64,000 nt of DNA, taken from Nemertoderma westbladi (taxonomy: Eukaryota; Animalia; Xenacoelomorpha). The notes under the pieces are model-generated. The model was not told the origin of the DNA, made no database searches, and saw only the letters and a list, made by a program, of their open reading frames with translations. Positions within the stretch are counted from its first letter, which is position 1. The number at the start of each line of letters is the position of its first letter. This document shows, piece after piece, positions 1-11,656 of this stretch. The DNA lies in NCBI GenBank assembly GCA_032718475.1, contig JAUCBJ010006397.1:1-64000 (forward strand). The letters run 5' to 3'. A program made the translations under genes and the position numbers.

Positions 1-1433
1 AATCTTATAGAACACCCCGCACTGTAATCTTATAGAACACCCCGCTCTGTAATCTTATAGAACACCCCGCACTGTAATCTTATAGAACACCCCGCACTGT
101 AATCTTATAGAACACCCCGCACTGTAATCTTATAGAACACCCCGCACTGTAATCTTATAGAACACACCACACTGTAATCTTATAGAACACCCCGCACTGT
201 AATCTTATAGAACACCCCGCACTGTAATCTTATAGAACACCCCGCACTGTAATCTTATAGAACACCCCGCACTGTAATCTTATAGAACACCCCGCACTGT
301 AATCTTATAGAACACCCCGCACTGTAATCTTATAGAACACCCCGCACTGTAATCTTATAGAACACCCCGCACTGTAATCTTATAGAACACCCCGCACTGT
401 AATCTTATAGAACACCCCACACTGTAATCTTATAGAACACCCCGCACTGTAATCTTATAGAACACCCCGCAATGTAATCTTATAGAACACCCCGCACTGT
501 AATCTTATAGAACACCCACACTGTAATCTTATAGAACACCCCACACTGTAATCTTATAGAACACCCCGCACTGTAATCTTATAGAACACCCCGCACTGTA
601 ATCTTATAGAACACCCCGCACTGTAATCTTATAGAACACCCCGCACTGTAATCTTATAGAACACCCCGCACTGTAATCTTATAGAACACCCCGCACTGTA
701 ATCTTATAGAACACCCCGCACTGTAATCTTATAGAACACCCCGCACTGTAATCTTATAGAACACCCCGCACTGTAATCTTATAGAACACCCCGCACTGTA
801 ATCTTATAGAACACCCCGCACTGTAATCTTATAGAACACCCCGCACTGTAATCTTATAGAACACCCCGCACTGTAATCTTATAGAACACCCCGCACTGTA
901 ATCTTATAGAACACCCCGCACTGTAATCTTATAGAACACCCCGCACTGTAATCTTATAGAACACCCCGCACTGTAATCTTATAGAACACCCCGCACTGTA
1001 ATCTTATAGAACACCCCGCACTGTAATCTTATAGAACACCCCGCACTGTAATCTTATAGAACACCCCGCACTGTAATCTTATAGAACACCCCGCACTGTA
1101 ATCTTATAGAACACCCCGCACTGTAATCTTATAGAACACCCCGCACTGTAATCTTATAGAACACCCCGCACTGTAATCTTATAGAACACCCCGCACTGTA
1201 ATCTTATAGAACACCCCGCACTGTAATCTTATAGAACACCCCGCACTGTAATCTTATAGAACACCCCGCACTGTAATCTTATAGAACACCCCGCACTGTA
1301 ATCTTATAGAACACCCCGCACTGTAATCTTATAGAACACCCCGCACTGTAATCTTATAGAACACCCCGCACTGTAATCTTATAGAACACCCCACACTGTA
1401 ATCTTATAGAACACCCCGCACTGATAATCTTAT
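1..1433. repeat. 25-bp minisatellite (AATCTTATAGAACACCCCGCACTGT)n, ~57 near-identical copies, truncated by the window start
   Basis: Tandem units read directly; rare variants (CCCACAC, one 24-bp unit near 515). Lies in the intron upstream of the SIN1 exon at 1554. Confidence 0.98.
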
Positions 1434-1553
1434 AAAGTACTAGATTTTAAGACTCAAGGTAAAAATAATTTTTTACTTCAATTAATAATAATAAATAAAT
1501 AAATAATTCATAATTCATACATAATAATAATATATTATTTTGTGTTGGTTTAG

Positions 1554-1739
1554 AAACAATCCCGACAATTATAATCTGCGTATAACGGAAGATGACGGTG
1601 AAATCGACGTGGATTTTCCTAGTCTGAATTCCGACGAAGTTATCGGAACATTTGGGTTCAACACGCTGTCCCTGGTGGAAGGAGATTACGATACTGAGGA
1701 GATGGGAGACAGTGGGGGACAAGTTACCATAGTTACTAT
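1554..1739 (+). CDS. MAPKAP1: SIN1/MAPKAP1 (TORC2 subunit), internal exon, CRIM-domain C-terminal part; upstream exons lie outside the window
   Basis: YNLRITEDDGEIDVDFPSLNSDEVIGTFGFNTLSLVE resembles the SIN1 CRIM motif; AG at 1552-1553, GTAAG at 1740. Confidence 0.9.
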
Positions 1740-1871
1740 GTAAGTACATTACTGGGGAGATGGGAGACAGTGGGGGGCAAGTTACCATAGTTACTATGTA
1801 AGTACATTACTGGGGAGATGGGAGACAGTGGGGGGCAAGTTACCATAGTTACTATGTAAGTACATTACTGA
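1697..1871 (+). repeat. Three tandem 58-bp copies of the SIN1 exon 3' end plus 5' splice site
   Basis: GGAGATGGGAGACAGTGGGGG.CAAGTTACCATAGTTACTAT|GTAAGTACATTACTG repeats with period 58 (donor GT at 1740, 1798, 1856). Confidence 0.95.
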
Positions 1872-1968
1872 GGGAACTTGTTACCATACTTACTATGCCC
1901 CGCACCCCACCCTTGCATTGTCAATAAGCTATTCTGTTAGTGTTATGGCAATTATGTTATTCTATTAG

Positions 1969-2189
1969 AACAACGTTTAAAAAAGGTCATACTCGTTTGC
2001 GGGTTGATTCCAAGAATATACTGATGAATGAGCTTCTAGAACGGACGCTAAAGAAACGCTATGGTCGCGTTAAGTTAATCGGGCCGCAATATGTTCTAGA
2101 ACGAATTAGTGACCCGGGGAAACCTATCGATTTAAATTCTACACTGGAGAGCCAAGGGACATTGCAGTTTCTGCTACATCGTCTTTATA
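1969..2189 (+). CDS. MAPKAP1: SIN1/MAPKAP1 exon, Ras-binding domain
   Basis: GPQYVLERISDPGKPIDLNSTLESQG resembles the SIN1 RBD; AG 1967-68, GTAAG at 2190; phase fits the previous exon (AT|A = Ile). Confidence 0.9.
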
Positions 2190-2783
2190 GTAAGTTATAA
2201 CATAGCATCGTAACAACAAGTAGGAACGAACCGCGGGGGGGGGGGGGGGGGGGGGTAGTTGTGGATTGGTAAATATGTTCATATAATATAGCAAATAATT
2301 CGTTAATTATTCCATTGGAAAATCTAATGTAATGCAGGATTATTTACTGTTTATGGTATATTTAATTACCCCAAACACCGCAAACCATGTACGGGACCAT
2401 CGCCATCCCAACTTTATATCATCAACATCATATCTCTTGGCTCTTATCCAGTCTCCACCCCTAAATCTTCCAAAATTACACAAAACAGGCAGCCCACTCT
2501 CATTCAGCTTACGCCTAAATATAACTAAAATATTATACACCAAAATATTTATTGAAATATAATTTGAAACACACAAAATCCATACAACATTTACAGCTGA
2601 GTGTGTTACTGTAGCTTAACAACCATTATCTTACAATCCACCGCGCTCTAACCAAACATTCGCACACAAATATTATGTTCTTTAAATAAGATTTTACGAT
2701 AGAAAGTCTCTGTTCTTATTAGTTTATCATCGAGAGGTTTATTTATTCCTCCGGTGTTCGGTGTTAGTCTCCTTGCTGCTTTT

Positions 2784-3158
2784 TCATTCTCGTCCAACAT
2801 CAGTTTCTAGTTTTTTATTCTCGTCGCTTCCTAATTTCTCTGCCGGTTGATTAAGGTACCCAAGTTGCCGGCACCGCGTCACTATAAAGTGTGTAACACC
2901 AATGTCTATTGGATAGCGATAGCCTCCTGTGAGTTTTACTACAATGAGCGCCGTTACCCAGACCATATCAATGCCGGGTTGAGGTACGTAGGATGAAACA
3001 GCCCCGAACATAATTATCGCGCACTTAATTGTGCAAAATGTAACTGCGAACCAAAATACACACATTACTGTGCAAACCGACCCGAACAGAGCTGTGTATT
3101 GCTTCGCGTTGGCAGCTTCATCTGGCAAAAGATTTATTTTTTTTCCGAAAGGAAACAT
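2784..3158 (-). CDS. Small intronless membrane protein, FAM210/DUF1279-like, nested antisense in the SIN1 intron
   Basis: ATG-started 124 aa. KQY...VFWF hydrophobic segment and TALIVVKLTGGYRYPIDIGVTHFIVTRCRQLGYL resemble the FAM210A pattern (TAYALFKIATPARY...GT...R..GY), recalled from memory. Confidence 0.6.
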   Translation of the reverse strand: MFPFGKKINLLPDEAANAKQYTALFGSVCTVMCVFWFAVTFCTIKCAIIMFGAVSSYVPQPGIDMVWVTALIVVKLTGGYRYPIDIGVTHFIVTRCRQLGYLNQPAEKLGSDENKKLETDVGRE

Positions 3159-3751
3159 GTTGAAATTTAATAAACAATATAATTATCCTTCTATACGCAG
3201 CTATAAACTAGGCATAGGCACTACCGGTAGTATAGCTTGTATGACCATTTTTGAAATTATAAAAATGTTTGTTATTGGTAATTGTTCTAGAACATTAGTA
3301 TAGATAGATATGTTTTTTATGGTAGCTAGTGTTTTTTTTACTAGCTAGTATTTTTGGAAATTATATAAAAAATGTGAAAATGGATATATCAGGTTTAAAC
3401 TGTTGCACAGTATATTAGTGACCAAAAATATTGATGATATAGGTACAGTTTTTACAGCTGCTTATATTAATTTTCTTCATTTTTCTTTTTATTTTCAAAA
3501 AATACTAAACTTGTGAGAAAAGAACACTAGCTACCATAACATTTTATTTGCTAAGGTTCTAGAACATTCACGGATAGTACTGTTAGTAGATCTGGACCGA
3601 AAGCGACCGAAGGCGACCGAAAAATGTACTAAAGCGAGCGAAATCTACCCAAAAATGGGAAAGTTCATGGAATTTCATATATTGTCGGACTCAGCGTGAA
3701 AAATTATGCAACTTTTCCATATATTTCATTAAAAAAACAAAATAATTGCTT

Positions 3752-3876
3752 ACACATCAGACAGTCTGCTTATGTAATGTAGGTAGGCTACGTTTATAAC
3801 GTGATTTTATTTTTTTCTATAACTACAGTAACACCGGTAGCCTACCTACATTACATAAGCAGACTGTGTGATGTGT
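3752..3876. mobile_element. Small hairpin/MITE-like element with ~40-bp inverted arms
   Basis: ACACATCAGACAGTCTGCTTATGTAATGTAGGTAGGCTAC ... GTAGCCTACCTACATTACATAAGCAGACTGTGTGATGTGT. Confidence 0.7.
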
Positions 3877-4908
3877 ATGTTATTATTGTGTTTTTCATTT
3901 AGTAAAATAATTGCTATTTAATGTCACTCAAAATTTGTATGCTGTCAGAGTACTGCTATACCTGGATACCGGTACTGTAGGCTTACTGCATTACAGGCTC
4001 GTTCAGCTCAAATTCCAACTACTGTAGGCCGTACCACAACATTTATAAAAAAAATAGCAAAAACTAGCTAGAATAAAAAATCTGGTCAATGGGTACCCAA
4101 GGTCTACGAATGCCGATAATCGTTTAATGTTGTAGGGTACCCTAACAATATTAAAAAAAAATTTCTTTGACTATTTAAGATCAAAATTTTTCGATTATTA
4201 CAGAAATCGTGTTTTTATAGGAAGAAGATAAGTCTAAGGTTTCCAAATGTCTGTCAGTCGGTCTGTCTGAAAGGTCTGTCAAATCTGACAGACAGACAGT
4301 CTAGATTTGGTCTAACTCAAAAACTGACATCAGAAATGAAATCACTGACCAGAAAAACCCCTATTTCGGAATTTTTAGGCAGGTGGTGTACTTATTTATT
4401 TTTTACAACCAGTTTGAATAATCCCTCGTATTATAAAAAATGCTAGAGTTCCGGATGCAGTCGCATTTGATATTTGGATATTAATTATTGAAATTATGTA
4501 CTTTTCGCATAGTAATATTACCACCGACTTCCTTGCAACATTTTTCAAAAAAATATTGTGTTCTAGAACATTAGCTAATCGACTAGTTAGTTATTTTTTG
4601 TTTCAATTTTTTGATACATGATTTATTATATATTAGGCCCTACATTTTTTTTTAATTTCTAAAAATACTGCATTTTTTTGTGTTCTAGAACATTAGTAGA
4701 TATGTTTTTATATGGTAGCTAGTGTTTTTTACTAGCTAGTATCTTTTGTAATTATAAAAAAATGAGAAAACATTGATATTTCAGGTTTAACTGATGCAGA
4801 ATATATTAATGACCCTGACCAAAAATATTGATGATATTATAGCAGTTTACATTTTCTGCATGATAACAATGATTTATATTATAACCATAATAATATATAT
4901 ATTGTAGT

Positions 4909-5460
4909 ATTGTTCGCTGAAGGCCATTTATTCTATTTAATAAATACACAAAATTCTAGAACGTGTTATTTATTTTATAAGTTGGTAGGCAACAGCGCTA
5001 TTCCTATCCATTATATCTATTGCGTAGCTATTCATACTTAAACAAAAGGTTCCAGAACATCGTTTATTTATTAAATAGAATAAATGGCCTGTAGCGAACA
5101 ATAATTCTTGCAATCTTTGAACGCCTATATCTCAGCTGTTTCTCAACGAAATTCAGATATTGTTACATATTTGGAATCCTTGCAACGCAAGCATTTTAAT
5201 GATATGAAAACTATTACGACTAATGTTAAGAATGGCTACGATACAGAGGGTGCGATTTCGCAAAAGACACTTTTTTAAAACGCTTATAAAATAAAATTTA
5301 AAAGCGAAATAGAAAATCCCGGCTTCATGGGGTCAACCATACGGTGAGTGGAACTAGTTGTGTTTCAAATTTCAAGCAATCTGATAAAGATTTGTAGAAA
5401 AATCTGGGGGGGGGGGTCCGTGTCATCAGAAAATGACACTATATTACGGGACATGGTGTA
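4909..5460. mobile_element. Non-autonomous DNA transposon family A, right part (terminus AAAATGACACTATATTACGGG.CATGGTG|TA)
   Basis: Highly similar to 25220-25967 and 39848-40498. Confidence 0.85.
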
Positions 5461-5476
5461 TATTATGTTACTAGCC

Positions 5477-8400
5477 CCTTTCCCTCCCCCCTTTCTAACC
5501 ACAATGGATAGTACCAGTAACGCGAAGGTCCGGCCATCTGGGGCCAGTGGAGAACCCGGACTTACAAGGCCCCACAGGCCTCCTGTCAGGCAGTCTGTAT
5601 CCCAACCCCTAGGAGAGGGAGGAGCCGGCATTGCTTTACCCCTCCCTGATAATGACCCACTTGGCCCAAACCCTATTGGAGGGAGGCCAAATGGCGAAAT
5701 TCAGTCTGGGATTTCCAATGCAGACTCTTCCCACTGGGCTCATGTACCATCTAGGCCCAAAAACCCCCTGGTGAACATGAGACAAGTTACCATGCTTGCC
5801 TCAATAAATCCCAGGACTCTCAACCCGCCACTGCAAAAAGGGGAACTTACTGCTCTTGCAGATAAGCTGAACCTGACTGCAGTCGGTATTCAGGAACACC
5901 GCATGAGGTGCTCTGAAGAGGTAAGATACCAGGATATGGGTGGTGGTTGGCAGCTTGTTCATTCCTCAGCGGATGATCAGGGAAACGGGGGAGTGGGTCT
6001 GCTTTTAAATCCAACTGCTTTTGCAGCACTAGACAAGGTAGAATCCATTTCCCCCCGTATAATTTGCTACCACTTCACTTGCGCTGGTAAGATGGCAAAA
6101 AAGTTCCCCAAGGTTGTGATTATGGTATGCTATTCTCCAAATAGTACTGCTGATATAGCTGATGTAGACACATTCTATAACCAGCTGCAAGCAGCTACTG
6201 ACTGTATAGACAAGCATGCCTTTCTCACTATGCTTGGCGACTTCAATGCCAGCTTACCAAGATCCTCTTCTAACCCATGGGTTTATAGTGACACTGTAAA
6301 CCGAAATTCAGGTCATTTGCAAGATTTTCTTCTGGCAAATGAGCTGTTTTCGGCCAATACAAATTTCCAAAAACGACCTGGAAAGCTGTACCCCCATGTG
6401 GGACCCAGTGGTCATAAGTCCCAGATAGACCACCTCATCTTCCGTAAGAAATACAGAGGATCAATAATTGACTGCTCTTCTCTCACAGTGCGGACATTTC
6501 AGACTGACCATCGATTCGTTATGGGAAAGACCAAATTAAGCCTTCGTGCAAACAAGGGTCTTAAAAAGTCCACCCCACATCATGATTGGTCTACCTTGGA
6601 TAAAAACCCCATTATAAAGGATTACTTTACAATTGAGGTTACAAATAGATATTCCAGTCTCATAAATGAAGAAATGAACCACTGTGAGAAATATACCCAG
6701 TTTGCTGCAGCAGTAAAGTCAGCTGCAAAGAAAACTGTTCCTCTAAAGCCACGGAAGTTGAAGAAGATCCCCTGGGCAGACCAGCGCATTCTAGACGTGC
6801 GAGAGGCATTGAACAAAGCCCAAAGAGAGTATCGTAGCCGACGTACAACTTCTGCAAAAAATGCAGTGAAAGCTTCAGTGAAATCTCTAAACAAGCAATA
6901 CTCGATTAATAAAGCAAAGCTTATCAGCGAGCAGGTTGATACTATCAATGCTGCTGACGAAAACAGGAAATCTGCTGAAGCCTGGCAAGCAATCAACCTG
7001 CTCTCTGGAAGAAAAAGCCGACCAACTGCCAAGGTGAAGGCTGATTCTCCAGCCGACCGCTTGGCAGGCTGGAAGTCTCATTTCGAGAAATTGCTAAATA
7101 ATGATCGAGAACTGACTGACAATTTCACTGTAAAGCCTGTGTCACACACAATACTCTCAGACATCCCAATTGGTGACATAACATTCGAAGAGGTCTTAAC
7201 TGCTTCGAATGACATTAAAACCAATAGGGCATCTGGTGTTGATGATGTGCCTCCCGAGGTCTTTAAGATCAGAGAATGCCTTCAACTAGCCCACCCTATC
7301 CTAGCAGAAATGTACCGCACTAAGATTGCACCACAAGAACTGAAGACTAATCGGCTAACACCCGTTCCAAAGAAGGGCAACCTCTCCTATTTTGGTTCAT
7401 ATCGTGGAATTAGTGTAATCTCAATTGCAGCTAAATTATTCAACAGAATAATGCTGAATCGCATTAGGGGTCCTGTAGAAAGACTCTTGCGTGGGAATCA
7501 AAATGGGTTTCGAAAAGGTAGAGGTATCTTTGAACCCATTCTCGCACTTAGAAGGATTATTGAAGAGGTTTCTACAAAGAAAGACAGACATTTGGCTGTC
7601 ATATTTGTGGATTTCTTCAAGGCCTTCGATTCCGTGTCACGCCCACGCATGTTCCAAATTCTTCAGGCATATGGGATCCCCAATGAGATCATTAATGCAA
7701 TCAGATCAGTATATGACGGTTCCACGACCTTTGTATCCACTACTGATGGAGACACAGACCCATTTGAGGTTCTCTGGGGTGTCCTTCAAGGAGACACATT
7801 AGCCCCGTTCCTCTTCATTATTGTGGTGGACTATGTGCTGCGGACATCACTCGATCTTGATGAAGCTGATGGGATGGAAATATCTCCACCATCAGGTAGC
7901 CGTAGACGTGGTTCCCCAGCAGAACATCTAACCGACCTTGACTTTGCAGATGACCTTGGTTTACTGTCAGAGACATTAGAAGGAGCACAGAAGCTGCTAT
8001 CTAGCTTAGAGGAGGCTGCATCTAGTGTTGGCCTCTTTGTGAATAGCACAAAGACCAAAATTCTGACAGTAAACATGGATTCAGATCAGCAGAAAATTGA
8101 TCGGGATAACATTCAATCGCTGGATGGACTGGTAAGTCATGTGAACGACTTCTGCTACCTTGGATCATGGGTTCGGAGGTCTGCTGAAGATCTCCGAATT
8201 CGCAAAGGGAAAGCCTGGTCCGCCATCCACAAGCTATCCAGGATCTGGAAGAGCTCTGACATCTCATGCTCTTTAAAGGTACGCCTTTTCCGTGCAGCAG
8301 TGGAGCCTGTGCTGCTCTATGGCAGCCCATGCTGGGCTCTAACTGCTGAAGACACCAGGTCCTTGGATGGCACATACACCAGGATGCTTCGCTGGGTGCA

Positions 8401-8746
8401 CAACATAGCATATGATGCACACATAAGCAATGAGGTGTTATATAAATATGGTAACATCTCATTGCCAACACCTAGCATCACCCTGCAGAAACGCCGTCTA
8501 ATGCTTGCTGGGCACTGTTTCCGCCGGCAGGATCAACCTGTACACAACCTTGTGCTGTGGCAGCCTGCTGGCGAGAATAGACGTGGTGGACAGCCAATGA
8601 CTTTCCTCAAACGCCTGCTCAAGGACACAGGACTTGAGAACAGGAATGAATTAGGAAATTGTATGGCTGACCGCAAGATCTGGGGGCGCTATGTTTCTGG
8701 GGCCGCCGGCACTGCACCCTAGTGCAAGCCGATCATCATCATCATC
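5477..8746 (+). mobile_element. RTE-clade non-LTR retrotransposon, recent insertion
   Basis: 12-bp TSD ATGTTACTAGCC (5465-5476, 8747-8758); (CAT)n tail at ~8732-8746; single ORF. Confidence 0.93.
5504..8722 (+). CDS. RTE ORF: APE endonuclease plus reverse transcriptase, 1072 aa, uninterrupted
   Basis: GIQEHR, GDFNA, QIDH, TDH (endonuclease); YRGIS, DFFKAFDS, GVLQGDTLAPFLF, FADD, YLGS (RT). First ATG inside the TSD is at 5504. Confidence 0.93.
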   Translation: MDSTSNAKVRPSGASGEPGLTRPHRPPVRQSVSQPLGEGGAGIALPLPDNDPLGPNPIGGRPNGEIQSGISNADSSHWAHVPSRPKNPLVNMRQVTMLASINPRTLNPPLQKGELTALADKLNLTAVGIQEHRMRCSEEVRYQDMGGGWQLVHSSADDQGNGGVGLLLNPTAFAALDKVESISPRIICYHFTCAGKMAKKFPKVVIMVCYSPNSTADIADVDTFYNQLQAATDCIDKHAFLTMLGDFNASLPRSSSNPWVYSDTVNRNSGHLQDFLLANELFSANTNFQKRPGKLYPHVGPSGHKSQIDHLIFRKKYRGSIIDCSSLTVRTFQTDHRFVMGKTKLSLRANKGLKKSTPHHDWSTLDKNPIIKDYFTIEVTNRYSSLINEEMNHCEKYTQFAAAVKSAAKKTVPLKPRKLKKIPWADQRILDVREALNKAQREYRSRRTTSAKNAVKASVKSLNKQYSINKAKLISEQVDTINAADENRKSAEAWQAINLLSGRKSRPTAKVKADSPADRLAGWKSHFEKLLNNDRELTDNFTVKPVSHTILSDIPIGDITFEEVLTASNDIKTNRASGVDDVPPEVFKIRECLQLAHPILAEMYRTKIAPQELKTNRLTPVPKKGNLSYFGSYRGISVISIAAKLFNRIMLNRIRGPVERLLRGNQNGFRKGRGIFEPILALRRIIEEVSTKKDRHLAVIFVDFFKAFDSVSRPRMFQILQAYGIPNEIINAIRSVYDGSTTFVSTTDGDTDPFEVLWGVLQGDTLAPFLFIIVVDYVLRTSLDLDEADGMEISPPSGSRRRGSPAEHLTDLDFADDLGLLSETLEGAQKLLSSLEEAASSVGLFVNSTKTKILTVNMDSDQQKIDRDNIQSLDGLVSHVNDFCYLGSWVRRSAEDLRIRKGKAWSAIHKLSRIWKSSDISCSLKVRLFRAAVEPVLLYGSPCWALTAEDTRSLDGTYTRMLRWVHNIAYDAHISNEVLYKYGNISLPTPSITLQKRRLMLAGHCFRRQDQPVHNLVLWQPAGENRRGGQPMTFLKRLLKDTGLENRNELGNCMADRKIWGRYVSGAAGTAP

Positions 8747-9565
8747 ATGTTACTAGCCATTTTAAATATGATAAATGACTAGCTATATGTTCTAGAATAG
8801 TGTATAATAATTATATTTTGTTCTAGAACTCTACATTGTTATCCTGGTAACAATGATTTATGTTTTAAAAATGCGACTGCATTCGGAACTGTACCCAAAA
8901 ACAATGGCGTGAAGCTTTGAAAACTTTGGATGTCTTTTTCTCGATAAGTAATTTTTTGTGTTTTTTTAGACACAAAGGTACACTTTTCTGAGGAACTACT
9001 GGATGCTACTTTTCAGGAAATGTTCACAACAACGATTGGCCAATGTATGACTAGAATTTTGTTGATTGGGTGCTTTCTTAAGAAGTTATTAAGAAATCAG
9101 TTGTTGAAATTTCGATTTTTGGTCAGAAACCGGGCATTGTTTACAGAAATTACCGTAAACAAAAATATCCTTAAAATTTTTTAATTTTTTTAGTATTGCT
9201 CTTGTCCGAATGGTTGATTCAGCTACCTGCAAAATTTCAAGAAATTTTATTTACGAGTTCTCTCCGAAAGGTACATTTTGTAGTGGTGGCTACTGACATT
9301 ATTGCATTAACGGCCCTTCGGGCCTAGATGGCAATTGTCAGAAATTAGAAATTCCGCTAAATTTCTTAGATTATGACTTAGACTTAGGGTTACATGACAG
9401 TTTTAATTAGGGTTGAGGCCGCCACTACTGTAACCAGCGAGTTTCATACAGTATAAAAATCCCTGTTGTTCACTTTGTCCATTATATTTATCTTATAATG
9501 CTATCTTATAACGGTACAGTATGTAAGAATCTTGTAATTAAATTCATATTAAAAACGGTCTTTAT

Positions 9566-10234
9566 CTATTCCCCCAAACTGATTCTGCCATGGGGATCGT
9601 AAATGATCTCCCGATTGTGTCTGACCCAGCGGCGCCATAACAATGGCAACCGTATGATCGTTATAATAATGGCAAGGTATATGCAGAGTCCAGAGAGGAT
9701 ACCTAGCACCGCGCCAATCATCTGAACAACAAGTGGAGGCACGTCGCCCGTGGTATCAAATCTGAACGAAGGCGAGAAAATACATACACAAATAATAATA
9801 CTTATAGATACCCCTAGTATCGTTAAGTCTACTTTCTCCCCGATAGTGAGGAATGGAATGGTCCACTGAAGGAATGGTCTCATCCTTTGTTTTATCCCCT
9901 TGTATTTGCTGTGACACACTTCGCAGGTGTCTCGACCGGACGTGCGCACCCACGTGACGAGACACTGAGTGTGGATGAACCCAGCGGTTCCTCTGCAATC
10001 GCACGGCGTGATGAGTTCCAACGTGTTCGTGGATTCGGTACCTCGTTGTAAACATATTCGGCATTGTAGGGAAGATGTACTGCAGAAGCTGTGTCGTCTG
10101 CGCAGAAATCCTCCTCTTCCTCCAGCATTGGTAGGTTGTGACGAGCTATTAGTCACCGATAAGCTAGATGATGGTTCCGGCGATGCCAATGATGTTTGTG
10201 ACAATGTGCGACGACCGCCAATGGGATGTGGCAT
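9566..10234 (-). CDS. MARCH-family (RING-CH) membrane E3 ubiquitin ligase, intronless, nested antisense in the SIN1 intron
   Basis: C4HC3 RINGv: CRIC...PCDCRGTAGFIHTQCLVTWVRTSGRDTCEVC; two hydrophobic TM segments; W..W...N motif after TM2. Confidence 0.9.
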   Translation of the reverse strand: MPHPIGGRRTLSQTSLASPEPSSSLSVTNSSSQPTNAGGRGGFLRRRHSFCSTSSLQCRICLQRGTESTNTLELITPCDCRGTAGFIHTQCLVTWVRTSGRDTCEVCHSKYKGIKQRMRPFLQWTIPFLTIGEKVDLTILGVSISIIICVCIFSPSFRFDTTGDVPPLVVQMIGAVLGILSGLCIYLAIIITIIRLPLLWRRWVRHNREIIYDPHGRISLGE

Positions 10235-10756
10235 TGTACTCTTAATGTCTCTTTATGGTTTCCGGTCCAGAATTACTGCTAAGTTATGTTAAAAAGTTTG
10301 AATGCATGTACTAATTACTGTATCTTCGTTCAAATATTTTCAGAAATAATGTTTAATTTTAAGACAAGAAAGAGACTAATTTCTAGACCACATTGAAAGG
10401 TATAAATTTGGTAAAAGAATAAGAAAAACTTGTTATATAACTATAGCAAAAACTAGCTATGTGCATATGAATTTTATCTTTTCAATAAACCTTTTCATAA
10501 CAACAACTATCGTTCGAAAACTTATTTGCCTAAGTAGCAACATTAGCTAGTATGTATATGATTTTTAACTTTTCGGAAAAAGTTTTAGAATAAAACGTTT
10601 TATTCTAGTAGAGCTTTTATAATAATTGCTAATGCCAACTAATTAATTAATGAATTAATGCATGAAAACTAATGCATGTATTCTGGACATTTTGAAAAAT
10701 TTACATAAAATAGCTAGTATAAAAATTTGGGATGGGGGTAGGGTTGTACTACTGTA

Positions 10757-11589
10757 TGGGTACTGTTCAGTATGCGTACACCCCCTACCAAGTTTTATCT
10801 CCTGCATTAGCTAGTTTTTGATCATTTTTTTTTAATGTATCAGAACATGTTAACTATTTTATTTTAAAAAAATTAATGTTCTAGAACGAATACTGTTTGT
10901 TCTAGATCATTTTTTAGACAAAAGCCTGCCTGCCTGGTTTGTATTTAAAAAGCATAGGATGGTAATAAAACTTGTATAAAATAAATAAAATAAATTTTTT
11001 AATATTTTGAAATTTTTCAATTAAATTATGATAATAGCTAGCAGTAAAATTTGAGGTAGCTAATAAATTAATAAAAGCAATGTCCTAAAAGTAATTTTCA
11101 CAAGAAAAAAAATTAGTCACATTTTTTTCAATTTTTAATTTTTCACTAGCTAATAAAAAGTACTAGCTAACACAAAATGTAAATTACTTGCTATCATCTT
11201 ACTGTCAGAAGGTCAATATAAACCTCATGATAAAAGCCATTTTCATATGAAAAACATTGGTCAAAAAGTGGGTACCCAAATACAAAAAAATTTGAGACAC
11301 ATAGGGCCTACGCTACTAGTGCTCCATAATGTTTTCTACGCTAAAAGTGGCAGATATAGGACTAGCTAGTTTTATAAATTATAAAAGAGAACAAACTTTC
11401 CAGAGAATTTTAAAATGCTAAATACTGTTGTTACTAAAACGATGTTACAGACTAAAAATATTTGTTCTAGAACATTATTTTATAAACAAATAGCTAACAT
11501 GTTCTAGAACATCTCAAAAAAAGAAATTATCAAAAACTAATTAGTATAAAAAAATTGGTGGTGGGTGTACGCATACTGAACCAGTACCT
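10757..11589. mobile_element. Degenerate foldback element rich in TGTTCTAGAACA / ACTAGCTA motifs
   Basis: Inverted ends GGTACTGTTCAGTATGCGTACACCC / GGGTGTACGCATACTGAACCAGTACC. Confidence 0.55.
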
Positions 11590-11656
11590 ACTCTGTATGT
11601 GAGGCGAGTCAAAACTGCGAGCCATCTGAACCAGTACCCACTGTTATAATTATTAA

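Larger units (their letters stand above)
4446..8891. mobile_element. TA-flanked TIR element (Tc1/mariner-like MITE) interrupted by a second MITE and an RTE LINE
   Basis: TIRs gAGTTCCGGATGCAGTCGCATTT (4446-4468) and AAATGCGACTGCATTCGGAACTg (8869-8891); TA at 4444-45 and 8892-93. Confidence 0.65.

Noticed and set aside
1-1433. CRISPR-like array
   Set aside because: No unique spacers; plain tandem repeat in a eukaryotic intron.
2340-2576. 78-aa minus-strand ORF
   Set aside because: Non-ATG start, no recognisable motif or splice support.
5348-5503. N-terminal extension of the RT ORF
   Set aside because: Starts at GTG inside the flanking MITE, upstream of the TSD; chance read-through.
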